Made by a program: the position numbers and the translations under genes
Shown: positions 39,776 to 49,158 of the stretch, in pieces
Layout: every line of letters starts with the position of its first letter
Position numbering within the stretch: the stretch's first letter is position 1
IMG/VR virus record: IMGVR_UViG_3300031963_011573
Coordinates: 32,001 to 96,000 of that record
Strand: one strand, 5' to 3'
Source: a virus
DNA: 64,000 nt
Notes under the pieces: generated by a model
What the model was told of the DNA's origin: nothing
Database searches by the model: none
Seen by the model: the letters and a program-made list of their open reading frames with translations, nothing else

Positions 39776-40223
39776 GTTAAAAGAAATAATCCGTAAAAAA
39801 CTCAAAGAAATGAGTGCTACCAATGTTGGTGGTGCTACTGCTTCCCCTGGTGAAGGTATAGGAATGGCTACTAAACCCGCGTTTAATAAAAATAAAAACG
39901 CTAAAGGTGCTAAAAATATATACTATTACAAGTTAGGATTTAAAAATGTCCCAAACATTAAACCAAAATCTTACGATAAGAAAAAATTATGGGAAGAAGA
40001 TAAAGAACCATCCGCAGCAAAAAAATTTCAAAACGAAAGAATTGACGAATTTACTCAAATTGAAAATCTTTTAAAAGACTTATCCCCTCTTGTATCAAAT
40101 GCTAAAAATGATACTTTAGAATACTACGCAGCTAACCCAGGTTCATTTGATATTTATAAACCGTCTTCAATGGTTTTAGCATATATTCAAAAAGCAGTAG
40201 ATTTATTAAAACAAAAACAATGA
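39768..40223 (+). CDS. Hypothetical head-module protein with KLKEIIRKKLKE N-terminus
   Basis: ORF track; shared N-terminal motif. Confidence 0.7.
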   Translation: MDKLKEIIRKKLKEMSATNVGGATASPGEGIGMATKPAFNKNKNAKGAKNIYYYKLGFKNVPNIKPKSYDKKKLWEEDKEPSAAKKFQNERIDEFTQIENLLKDLSPLVSNAKNDTLEYYAANPGSFDIYKPSSMVLAYIQKAVDLLKQKQ

Positions 40224-42040
40224 AAAAAACATTACAAGATCAGTATTTATTAATCAAAGAAGGTAAAGGACATAAAGGTGTTTTTCTTACTGAAGCTAAA
40301 CGTAATTTTCCTCATATAGTACCAAATTCTGCTACATTTGAGGAAGCAGCTGCATCTCTTAAAACTAAAAACATAATTTCAGAAAATGTGATTGGTTTGA
40401 CTGCTGTTGCTGGATATGAGCCTAAGAAAAAAGAGTCATACGAAACTGCGTTTGAGGCATTTTTAGTTGAAGCTAAAAAGAAAAAAGAAAATGAAGACGA
40501 GAAAGTAAAAGCAGAAGAGAAAAAAGTATCTAAACCTGTTGAAAAAGATCTTGAAAAACAATACGATAAAATAGACGATAAAACCCCAGACAATTTGATC
40601 TTTGATCAAATTATGATGGGTTATTATGCTGAAATGAAAGATCCTAAAAATGCTGATAAAACAATGCAACAATTGAAAGATATTGTGTTGAAAAACTTAT
40701 CAAAAGATCCAATTCACTATACAAAAGATGGTCAATTTGGTGTAAAAGATTTAGGATATGTAACTGAACATCCTGGTTTAGGCACCCCAAAAGAAGCTAC
40801 TGGAAAATACAAATCATCTGGATACGGTAATTTAAATGAAAATAAAGAACTTAACGTTGGTGATACTGTAAAATATAAAGGAATTAAAGTTACAGTAGAA
40901 AAAAAAGACGAAGTAGGTAATTTAGTATTGAAATCTGAAAGTGGTAAAACAATTAGAGCAAATAAAGCACAATTTAAAGAATATGGTTCTTTAGAAGAAG
41001 AAAAACTTCGTAAAGCTATCCGTGAAATGATTGATGCTGAGTTAGAAGAAGTTAAAGGTGGTGGCAATTATGGAATGATGACCATCAACACTGCTAATAT
41101 TGAAAAAGGAGAACAAAAAATCCCAACATACTATATTTTAACATCCGAAGTTAGAAAAGAATTTAACCTTTTAAATCCAGGCCTTAATGCTCCTTCATAT
41201 GATGAATCATTAAAAATCCCTCATATCCGAATTACTCCTGACAATACTATCTTTATATCAGATTTACTTTATGTTACTTTAGGAGGAATGGAAAAAGGTA
41301 GAGGCACTAGAGAAAAACAAATTGAAGATAACAAAAACCGCCTTAAAGTTATCACTAATGAAATTTCAGATAGATATTGGCCAATGGTTAGAGCATTACT
41401 TAAAAAATATGCTGAATCAAAGACAACTATATACCCTGTACTAGGAAAAGATGTTTTATACCATCAAATTAGATTTAAAGAAAATGGGTATAAAGTAGAA
41501 AAATTAGAAGATTGGATTGGGAAAAAAATAAAAGAAATTAATGCTAAACTAGCACAAGCATCTTCTGGGGAAGTACGAAGAGGTCGTCCTATAAATGTTG
41601 AAGCTTTAATGAGATTTAAGAAGCAATTAGAAGATATGGAACCCAATGCTAAAGGTGGTGTAGCAATAATTCCTCCTCCGTTTCCGATGGGAGAATCTTT
41701 AATGGAAAGTGTAGAAAAAGATCTTGCCGCAATTAACAAAGAAGCAGAACATGAAACTTTACAATCTAAATTAGATAAAATCCAAGAATTAATTGATAAA
41801 AAACAATCTCAACTTAGTAAACTTGATGAGGATGAAGATATGAAAGCTTTAACTGATACTAAGAAAGTTAAAGAAATTCAAAAAGATATCAAAGCTTTAG
41901 AAAAAGCAAAATCTAAAGTTGAAAAAATGATGTCTAAATTTAAAGGTAAAATTAAAAAAACAGAAGTAATTGATGAAACAGACGACATGTTAGAAGACAA
42001 CATAATGGGTGAAGAAATGTCATATGACGAAAATTACTAA
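40220..42040 (+). CDS. Large modular prohead-core/internal protein candidate
   Basis: K/E-rich; many [LI]xE sites; C-terminal coiled coil; directly upstream of the protease. Confidence 0.6.
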   Translation: MKKTLQDQYLLIKEGKGHKGVFLTEAKRNFPHIVPNSATFEEAAASLKTKNIISENVIGLTAVAGYEPKKKESYETAFEAFLVEAKKKKENEDEKVKAEEKKVSKPVEKDLEKQYDKIDDKTPDNLIFDQIMMGYYAEMKDPKNADKTMQQLKDIVLKNLSKDPIHYTKDGQFGVKDLGYVTEHPGLGTPKEATGKYKSSGYGNLNENKELNVGDTVKYKGIKVTVEKKDEVGNLVLKSESGKTIRANKAQFKEYGSLEEEKLRKAIREMIDAELEEVKGGGNYGMMTINTANIEKGEQKIPTYYILTSEVRKEFNLLNPGLNAPSYDESLKIPHIRITPDNTIFISDLLYVTLGGMEKGRGTREKQIEDNKNRLKVITNEISDRYWPMVRALLKKYAESKTTIYPVLGKDVLYHQIRFKENGYKVEKLEDWIGKKIKEINAKLAQASSGEVRRGRPINVEALMRFKKQLEDMEPNAKGGVAIIPPPFPMGESLMESVEKDLAAINKEAEHETLQSKLDKIQELIDKKQSQLSKLDEDEDMKALTDTKKVKEIQKDIKALEKAKSKVEKMMSKFKGKIKKTEVIDETDDMLEDNIMGEEMSYDENY

Positions 42041-42042
42041 AC

Positions 42043-42675
42043 ATGAACAAACAACTTTTAATAGAAACCAGACATTTTGTTCCCCAACCGGTTCGCCTTT
42101 TAGAAGGGCTAAAAGGTAATGGAAACATTTTTGTTGAAGGTATTTTAGCTACCGTTGAGGTAAAAAATGGTAACGGAAGATACTACAAACGTGAGTTGTG
42201 GGAACGTGAAATTAATAATTTCCAACAAAAAATAAACCAAAAAACAACCGAAACATGTGGTGAATTAGATCATCCTGATTCTCAAGTTATAAACCTAAAA
42301 AACGCTTCACATTCTATCCGTAAAATATGGTGGGATGGTGATGAAGTATGGGGCCAAGTAGAAATATTTTCAGACCTAGGACCAAAAGGAACTGTATCTG
42401 GCCGTATAGCAGGTGCTTTAGTTAACAATGGTTTAACAATTGGTATTTCATCTCGCGGAATGGGCTCATTAAAACAAATGGGTGAGGTAATGGAAGTACA
42501 AGATGATTTTGAATTACTTACTTTTGATTTAGTTTCAAACCCTTCTAATCCTGACTCTTGGATGCGTAATGGACAATTAAACGAATCTAGAACAACATAT
42601 CTAGATCCTTACGCACGCACAAACTCAATTATAACTGAAATTTTATGTGCTAAAGGCACATGCCCGATATTTTAA
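42043..42675 (+). CDS. gp21: Prohead protease (T4 gp21-like)
   Basis: KNGNGRYY, GELDHP, ASH, GISSRGMGSL, FDLVSNPS motifs. Confidence 0.95.
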   Translation: MNKQLLIETRHFVPQPVRLLEGLKGNGNIFVEGILATVEVKNGNGRYYKRELWEREINNFQQKINQKTTETCGELDHPDSQVINLKNASHSIRKIWWDGDEVWGQVEIFSDLGPKGTVSGRIAGALVNNGLTIGISSRGMGSLKQMGEVMEVQDDFELLTFDLVSNPSNPDSWMRNGQLNESRTTYLDPYARTNSIITEILCAKGTCPIF

Positions 42676-42699
42676 AATATGCAAACCGGTACAAGAATT

Positions 42700-42722
42700 G
42701 CTCTCATTTGAGAGCTTTTTTT
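42700..42722 (+). terminator. Rho-independent terminator
   Basis: GCTCTCA-TT-TGAGAGC followed by T7. Confidence 0.7.
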
Positions 42723-42863
42723 GTCTTTTGCGACTTTGACAAAATTTGCATATACATATAACAGAATATACCACCACCCTCAATCCATGTGGTATCAATT
42801 AAATGAATTCTATTACGTTTTAAAATAAACGTACTTTCCCAACAAAATTAAATTTAGGAAAAA

Positions 42864-44279
42864 ATGGCAACTAACAGAGAAATGCTTAAAGAAGCAATCG
42901 CTGAAGCTAAAGCTGTAAAAGAAATGGCTATAGCAAATGCAAAAGCAGCTCTAGAAGAGTCCTTTACACCTCAACTTAAATCTATGTTATCTTTAAAACT
43001 TCAAGAAATGGAAAAAGAAGATCTTGAAGAAGAAGGATATGGTAAAATGGACGCAGAACCTGAAACAGGATTCAGCTCAATGGGCGAAAAAGCTCTTGAT
43101 GAAGAAGAAATGGAAGAAGGAGAAGGCGAAAACATGTACGAAGTTGATTTGGAAGAACTTTTAGCAGAGCTAGAAATGGAAGAAGGTGAAGTTGAAGAAA
43201 ACATCAACGAAGCCGAAGAAGGTGAAGAAGAGGAAGGTGAAGAGGAAGAAGAAGGTGAAGAAGAAAACTCAGAAATGGAAGACCTTTCAGACGACGAATT
43301 GAAAGAAATGATTGAAGACGTAATCGCACAAATGATTAAAGACGGTGAGTTACAAGCAGGATCTGAATTCGAAGGTGAAGAAGAAGGTGAAGAAATGGAA
43401 ATGGGTGATGAGGAAGAAGAAGTAGATTTAGCAGAACTTTTAAGAGAAATTGAAGAAATGGAAGAAGAAAATGAATACTCCACTAATGAAATATTTGATC
43501 CATCTGCACCAATAGTATTAGCAGCAGGATTGGGTACTTTAGGAGGTTTAATTGCATTAGGTACAGCTTATTTCTATAGTAAAGGAGCTGCAAAAGAAGA
43601 AGAGTTAAAAAGAAGAATAACTAATTTAATTCTTTCTAAGCAAAAAGGAACATTGGATAAAGAATGGGAGACTATGAAAAAAGATATGGAAAGTAACCCC
43701 CAACTAAAACAAAAAGTCCTAGATAACTTAAATACTATCCAGAAATTAGGTCTTAGCCTTGATGAAGCAGAAACAACAAGTAATCCTATGTTAGCTGCTT
43801 TAAAAAATGTAGCTGCAGACCAAGATATTTCTATAGGTAATATCGTTAAAGCAAGTGAAAAAGTTGAAGATGAAGTAGAAAAAGTAAAAAAATCAGTTGA
43901 AGAAACAGAAGAAACAATGGATGAAATGAAAGCTGAATTAGATGAAGCTCTTTCTACAATCGAAACTTTAAAAGCTGAACTTAACGAAATCAACCTTTTA
44001 AACGCTAAACTTCTTTATTCAAACAAAATCTTCAAAGCTAAAAATTTGAACGAAAACCAAAAAGTGAAGGTATTAAGTTCGTTTGACAAAGCTAAAAACG
44101 TAGGTGAAGTAAAAATGGTATATGAAACTTTAAACGAGGGAATTAAAGTTAAAAAAGAAACCATTAAAGAAAACCTAGGTAGAGCTTCTAAAGCAACTAC
44201 TACCCCAACTGCAAAACAACCAATCGTAGAGTCAAACGATGTATTTAAAAGAATGCAAAAATTGGCTGGAATTATTTAA
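42864..44279 (+). CDS. Prohead scaffold/core protein (gp22 analogue)
   Basis: Extremely Glu-rich coiled coil between protease and capsid genes; C-terminal RMQKLAGI. Confidence 0.8.
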   Translation: MATNREMLKEAIAEAKAVKEMAIANAKAALEESFTPQLKSMLSLKLQEMEKEDLEEEGYGKMDAEPETGFSSMGEKALDEEEMEEGEGENMYEVDLEELLAELEMEEGEVEENINEAEEGEEEEGEEEEEGEEENSEMEDLSDDELKEMIEDVIAQMIKDGELQAGSEFEGEEEGEEMEMGDEEEEVDLAELLREIEEMEEENEYSTNEIFDPSAPIVLAAGLGTLGGLIALGTAYFYSKGAAKEEELKRRITNLILSKQKGTLDKEWETMKKDMESNPQLKQKVLDNLNTIQKLGLSLDEAETTSNPMLAALKNVAADQDISIGNIVKASEKVEDEVEKVKKSVEETEETMDEMKAELDEALSTIETLKAELNEINLLNAKLLYSNKIFKAKNLNENQKVKVLSSFDKAKNVGEVKMVYETLNEGIKVKKETIKENLGRASKATTTPTAKQPIVESNDVFKRMQKLAGII

Positions 44280-44304
44280 TTTAAAAACTAAAAAAAAACA
44301 AAAA

Positions 44305-45984
44305 ATGTCAAGTATTAATTCATTACTAGAAAGCTCTGCAAACGGATGGAGAAACATGCAGAGTGATGCTGCTAGAATGGCATCAAAATGGTCTAAAACA
44401 GGCCTATTAGAAGGACTTGGAAGCGAAGTTGAAAAAAACAACATGGCTTTGATCCTTGAAAACCAAGCAAAACAACTTGTTGTTGAGCAATCTTCTACTC
44501 AAGTAGGAGGCTCTAACTTTGTTGTAGGACAAGGTGAGCAATGGGCTGGTGTAGCTCTTCCATTGGTACGTAAAGTATTTGGTTCTTTATCAACTAAAGA
44601 ATTCATGTCAGTACAACCAATGAATCTACCTTCAGGTCTTGTATTCTTCTTGGATTTCCAATATGGTGCTTCAGCTAAAGCTGGATCTCCAACAACATTT
44701 GGTCCAGGTTCAGATGTTTATGCTGCTTCATCTTCAATGTACGGTAACACAAACCCAGGAGCTAATTTAGATCCATCTAGCGGTTTATACGGTGCTGGTA
44801 GATTTGCTTATTCAATCAACCAATTCTCTGCTTCTGTAGGTGTAACTGTAGCAACAGCATCTTGGGCTCAATTAGATTACGCAGCTGAATTAGCTTCTAC
44901 AACAGGTAGCTATACAGCTGTAACTGTAACTGGACAATTAACTCGTCCTGATTATAAAGGTGTTAGAGCATTTGTATTGGCTTCAGGTTCAACTTTAACT
45001 TCAGCTACTGCAGCTAAATTGTTACCACAATACACTTCTACAAACGGTACTAACGCAATCACATTTATTTATAGTGGTTCTGTAGGTACATCTGATATCC
45101 CAGCTGCAGGTGTTTCTTCATCTGTCTTCTACAACATGCAACCTGCTGATAATTTTAGAGGTGATTTTGAAGATAACAGCGGTGCTGGTTATCCAAATGC
45201 TGAATCAACTTCTGCTGATGCATTAGCTATTCCACAAATCAACATTCAAATGAAATCTGAAGCTATTGTTGCTAAAACACGTAAGTTAAAAGCACAATGG
45301 ACACCAGAATTTGCTCAAGATTTGAATGCTTACCAATCATTAGATGCTGAAGCTGAATTGACTTCAATCATGTCTGAGTATATTGCTCTAGAAATCGATC
45401 TAGAAAACTTAGATATGTTGATCCAAGATGCTTCTGCTGCAGATGAATACTGGTCAGCTAAAAACAACAATTACTTGAATGCAGGTAAAACAGCTTGGGC
45501 TGCTGATTTAGACTTCTACAACACACAAGGTCAGTGGTTCCAAACTTTAGGTACTAAAATGCAGAAAGTTTCTAACAAAATCCACCAAAAGACTTTACGT
45601 GGTGGAGCTAACTTCTTAGTATGTTCTCCTTCAGTTGCAACTGTCCTTGAATCAATCCCAGGATTTGCTTCAACTTCTGATGGTGATGTAACTAAAGCAA
45701 GCTATGCATTTGGTATCCAAAAATCAGGTAACTTAAACAACCGTTATACAGTATACAAAAACCCATACATGACTGAAAACGTTATTTTGATGGGTTATAG
45801 AGGATCTCAATTCCTTGAAACTGGTGCTGTATTTGCTCCATATGTGCCTCTAATCATGACTCCATTAGTGTACGATCCAGACACTTTCACACCAAGAAAA
45901 GGTCTATTGACTCGTTACGCTAAGAAAATGATCCGTCCTGAATTCTACGGTCGTATCTTCGTTAATGATTTGAACACTCTATAA
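44305..45984 (+). CDS. gp23: Major capsid protein (T4 gp23-like), start corrected to 44305
   Basis: KW...GLLEG, ILENQ, PLVR, VQPM..PSGLVF, AKTRKLKAQWT.E.AQDL, YVPL, TRY motifs. Confidence 0.95.
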   Translation: MSSINSLLESSANGWRNMQSDAARMASKWSKTGLLEGLGSEVEKNNMALILENQAKQLVVEQSSTQVGGSNFVVGQGEQWAGVALPLVRKVFGSLSTKEFMSVQPMNLPSGLVFFLDFQYGASAKAGSPTTFGPGSDVYAASSSMYGNTNPGANLDPSSGLYGAGRFAYSINQFSASVGVTVATASWAQLDYAAELASTTGSYTAVTVTGQLTRPDYKGVRAFVLASGSTLTSATAAKLLPQYTSTNGTNAITFIYSGSVGTSDIPAAGVSSSVFYNMQPADNFRGDFEDNSGAGYPNAESTSADALAIPQINIQMKSEAIVAKTRKLKAQWTPEFAQDLNAYQSLDAEAELTSIMSEYIALEIDLENLDMLIQDASAADEYWSAKNNNYLNAGKTAWAADLDFYNTQGQWFQTLGTKMQKVSNKIHQKTLRGGANFLVCSPSVATVLESIPGFASTSDGDVTKASYAFGIQKSGNLNNRYTVYKNPYMTENVILMGYRGSQFLETGAVFAPYVPLIMTPLVYDPDTFTPRKGLLTRYAKKMIRPEFYGRIFVNDLNTL

Positions 45985-46005
45985 GAGTAACGGTCAACCG
46001 AAAAT

Positions 46006-46043
46006 AAAGAGCCTCGCTTATAAAGCGGGGCTTTTTTATTTTT
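46006..46043 (+). terminator. Rho-independent terminator after the capsid gene
   Basis: GCCTCGCTT-ATA-AAGCGGGGC followed by a T-run. Confidence 0.85.
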
Positions 46044-46075
46044 TTATGATGTGGTAATATGTATAATAAAATTAA

Positions 46076-46561
46076 ATGGCTAATTTATATGTAACCATTA
46101 CTGAAGAAATTACCCTTCCTAACCAAAACCAGGAAAAAACTCATAATCTAGTAACAATCCCTAACATTAATCAAATAGTTAGACGTATTGATACTATTCC
46201 AACCACATTTAGTGGTTCAGGGGTTGAAATTTTACGTTTTGTTGATAGTGAGGAAGAACAAACAGGTGGGGCATTTGTAAAATCTTCTGTAAAATATGTT
46301 AGATTAACTAACTTATCTAAAACAAATAGTGCCCAAATATATCTAATTGTAACTGGACAAGAAAGTACATTATTTAATTTAGGTGCTGGAAAATCAATCA
46401 TGCTAAATGATGCAGATATTAATGCATCCTCAGCAAATGATTATGTAGTAGAAAATTATGTAGATGAAACTTACTATAGTGTATTTCACTCAGTAGATTC
46501 AATAAAAGCAAAAGCTAGTGGCTCAAACATTTCTTTAGAATATTTTGTAGCTTCTTTATAA
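46076..46561 (+). CDS. Putative virion protein
   Basis: Beta-rich; late-motif variant ATATGTATA at 46057-65. Confidence 0.65.
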   Translation: MANLYVTITEEITLPNQNQEKTHNLVTIPNINQIVRRIDTIPTTFSGSGVEILRFVDSEEEQTGGAFVKSSVKYVRLTNLSKTNSAQIYLIVTGQESTLFNLGAGKSIMLNDADINASSANDYVVENYVDETYYSVFHSVDSIKAKASGSNISLEYFVASL

Positions 46562-46588
46562 TACGTATAATAAAAAAACAAACGACAA

Positions 46589-47203
46589 ATGGCAAATTTA
46601 ACTTTAAGATCAGTAAAAGGTTCCGCTCTTACTATCGCTGAAATGGACGAAAATTTTGAATATTTCACAGGTTCATATACAAACACAGGAACAATTACAG
46701 CTACAGGATTTGTAGGTGATGTAACAGGAAGCGTATCTGGTAGTGTAACTGGTAATGCTGATACTGCAACAACTGCTTCTTACGTAGCTGGTGCTGATGT
46801 AGACGGGTACGTAGCTTTAGCAACAGATGCTGATTTAGCAACAACTGCTTCATATGTTGACGGAGCAAACGTTGATGGATATGTAGCTTTAGCAACTAAC
46901 GCTGACAATGCTGCAACAGCATCTTACGTAGAAAATGCTCAAACAGCATCATATGTTGAAACAGCTCAAACTGCTTCTTATGTAGAAAATGCTCAAACTG
47001 CTTCATATGTTGCTGGTGCAAATGTAGATGGTGATGTAGCAACTGCAACTACCGCTTATAATGTAGATGCAACGTCTGGATCAATAACAATAGGAAGTGG
47101 TGTTCTTGTATCACCATTAACAGGTTCAATATATTTTGATGCTACTGTTGCTAAATTTTATATTTGGGATGGTAATGCTTGGAGAACAGGATCTTTAAGC
47201 TAA
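46589..47203 (+). CDS. Short fibre/decoration protein with TASYVENAQ repeats
   Basis: LTLRSVKGSALTIAEMDENF N-terminus, 9-residue repeats, GSIYFD..FYIWDG..W C-terminus; motif ATACGTATA at 46561-69. Confidence 0.7.
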   Translation: MANLTLRSVKGSALTIAEMDENFEYFTGSYTNTGTITATGFVGDVTGSVSGSVTGNADTATTASYVAGADVDGYVALATDADLATTASYVDGANVDGYVALATNADNAATASYVENAQTASYVETAQTASYVENAQTASYVAGANVDGDVATATTAYNVDATSGSITIGSGVLVSPLTGSIYFDATVAKFYIWDGNAWRTGSLS

Positions 47204-47228
47204 TAAGATCGATAATATATTCTAGAAG

Positions 47229-47255
47229 GAGTCTCTTAATGAGACTCTTTTTTTT
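47229..47255 (+). terminator. Rho-independent terminator
   Basis: GAGTCTC-TTAAT-GAGACTC followed by T8. Confidence 0.8.
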
Positions 47256-47280
47256 CATATTTATAATAAACTAAAATACC

Positions 47281-48426
47281 ATGAACATTCCTATTTGGCC
47301 TGGTTCAAGCTCTTTTCAACCCGGAGCAACACCGTTTGGATTTTACGATAATGATATTCAATTTCAACAAGACGCTGATAAATTTGCTAAATTTGCTGCT
47401 CAACGTTTAGGATACCCTTTAACAGAAATTGAACTCCAGGACATAAACTTTTACACAGCATTAGAAGATGCAGTAACAACTTACGGAAACGAATTGTATG
47501 CTTATCAAGTAGCAGATAATTTACTATCATTCCAAGGAAATCCCACCACAATAGGGTCAGCTAATGGTGAATTGGTTCAAGAAAATTTAAGTAATATAAT
47601 TTTACTTTCAAATCAATATGGAACAGAAGCAGGTGTTGGAGGTACAGTTACTTACCACACAGGCTCTATCCCTTTACAAGCAGGAGTTCAAAATTATGAT
47701 ATGAACGAATGGGCAGTTTCTCAAAGTATCCAAGGGCGCATTGAAATCAGACGCATATTTTATGAATCTCCCCCAGCAATAACACGTTATTTTGACCCAT
47801 ATGCTGGAACTGGTGTAGGAATGATGCAAATGCTAGATTCATTTGGGTGGGGTTCATATTCACCCGCAATTAACTTTATGTTAATGCCCGTAAACTATGA
47901 TTTGCAAAAAATACAAGCTATAGAATTTAACGATCAAATTAGAAAATCTCAATATACCTTTGAATTGGTAAATAACCAATTGAGAATATTCCCTATTCCA
48001 ACTGGTTTAAGATATATGAGATTTGAATATATGATATTGGATGAAAAAAACAATCCATATGTTGACAGAAATGGTAGAAGCATAATCACAAACCCTTCAA
48101 ATGTACCATATGAAAATCCAATTTATACCAATATTAACTCAATTGGACGTTCATGGGTATTTGAATATGCTTTAGCCATTGTAAAAGAAATACTAGGATA
48201 TGTCAGAGGAAAATACCAATCTGTTCCTATCCCAGGTTCTGAAATCACATTAAACCAATCAGATTTAATTGCTGCTGCAACCTCTGAAAAACAAGCTTTA
48301 ATTGAGCGTTTAAGAGCATATTTAGATTCAACTTCACGTAAAGCGTTGTTAGAGAAAAAAGCAGCAGAATCTGAAGCTCAAAGACAAACAATTAGTAATA
48401 TACCAATGGTTATATACATCGGTTAA
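47281..48426 (+). CDS. Neck/head-completion protein (T4 gp13-like)
   Basis: RLGYP..EIEL N-terminus; WVFEYALAIVKEILG.VRGKY..VPIPG..ITLN C-terminus. Confidence 0.75.
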   Translation: MNIPIWPGSSSFQPGATPFGFYDNDIQFQQDADKFAKFAAQRLGYPLTEIELQDINFYTALEDAVTTYGNELYAYQVADNLLSFQGNPTTIGSANGELVQENLSNIILLSNQYGTEAGVGGTVTYHTGSIPLQAGVQNYDMNEWAVSQSIQGRIEIRRIFYESPPAITRYFDPYAGTGVGMMQMLDSFGWGSYSPAINFMLMPVNYDLQKIQAIEFNDQIRKSQYTFELVNNQLRIFPIPTGLRYMRFEYMILDEKNNPYVDRNGRSIITNPSNVPYENPIYTNINSIGRSWVFEYALAIVKEILGYVRGKYQSVPIPGSEITLNQSDLIAAATSEKQALIERLRAYLDSTSRKALLEKKAAESEAQRQTISNIPMVIYIG

Positions 48427-48438
48427 AAAAATAATTTT

Positions 48439-49155
48439 ATGATAGTATATTGTACTACAAATTTAATCAATGGGAAAAAATATATTGGTTCAAATTCCAC
48501 TAATGACCCTAATTATTATGGGTCTGGTACTTATATAAAAAAATCTATAAAAAAATATGGAAAGAAAAATTTTATTAAAACCATACTGGCAGAAGTAAAC
48601 GATATTAATTTAATGAAAGAATTAGAAGAGTATTGGATTGATTATTTTGATGCATATGATAATCCACTTTTTTACAATGCTACCAAATATTCATCTGGTA
48701 TATCTTCATTTCCAAAAGAAAAAATAATAAATATTCAAAATGCCAATAAAGGAAATAAATACCATTTAGGTTTTTCTCAAAGTGATTATCAAAAATCTCA
48801 AACTAGTAAAGCTAATAAAGGAAGAAAACATTCTGTTGAATCTAACTTAAAAAAAAGACAACATAAATTAGGAAATAAATACGCATTAGGTAATAAACTT
48901 TCTTTAGAAACCAAACAAAAAATTTCCCAAAAGAAAATAGGCCATGTTTGTTACCAGAATGATGAAAGAAACCAGAAAATAAGAGAAAAAAACAGTAAAT
49001 CTGTCCTTCAATATTCTAAAGAAGGAATATTTATAAAAGAATGGAAAAGTGCTAAAGAAGCATGTACTTATCTAGGTATAACTAGTATCCATAGATCTTT
49101 ACAAAATTGGAAAAATAATAGTAAAGGATATAAATGGAAATTTAAAACACAATAA
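48439..49155 (+). mobile_element. Free-standing GIY-YIG homing endonuclease (Seg-like, NUMOD3/NUMOD1-type tail)
   Basis: IVY.TTN.INGKKYIGS, YYGSG, GRKHS.ES and LS.ETKQKIS repeats, VLQYS.EG.FIKEW.S..EA...GYKWKF. Confidence 0.88.
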
Positions 49156-49158
49156 ATT

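Noticed and set aside
35277-45984. Introns or inteins in terminase, portal or capsid genes
   Set aside because: ORFs are continuous with expected sizes, and no intein splice motifs were seen
46860-47010. 27-bp periodic repeats considered as a CRISPR array
   Set aside because: In-frame coding repeats with synonymous variation, no unique spacers and no cas genes
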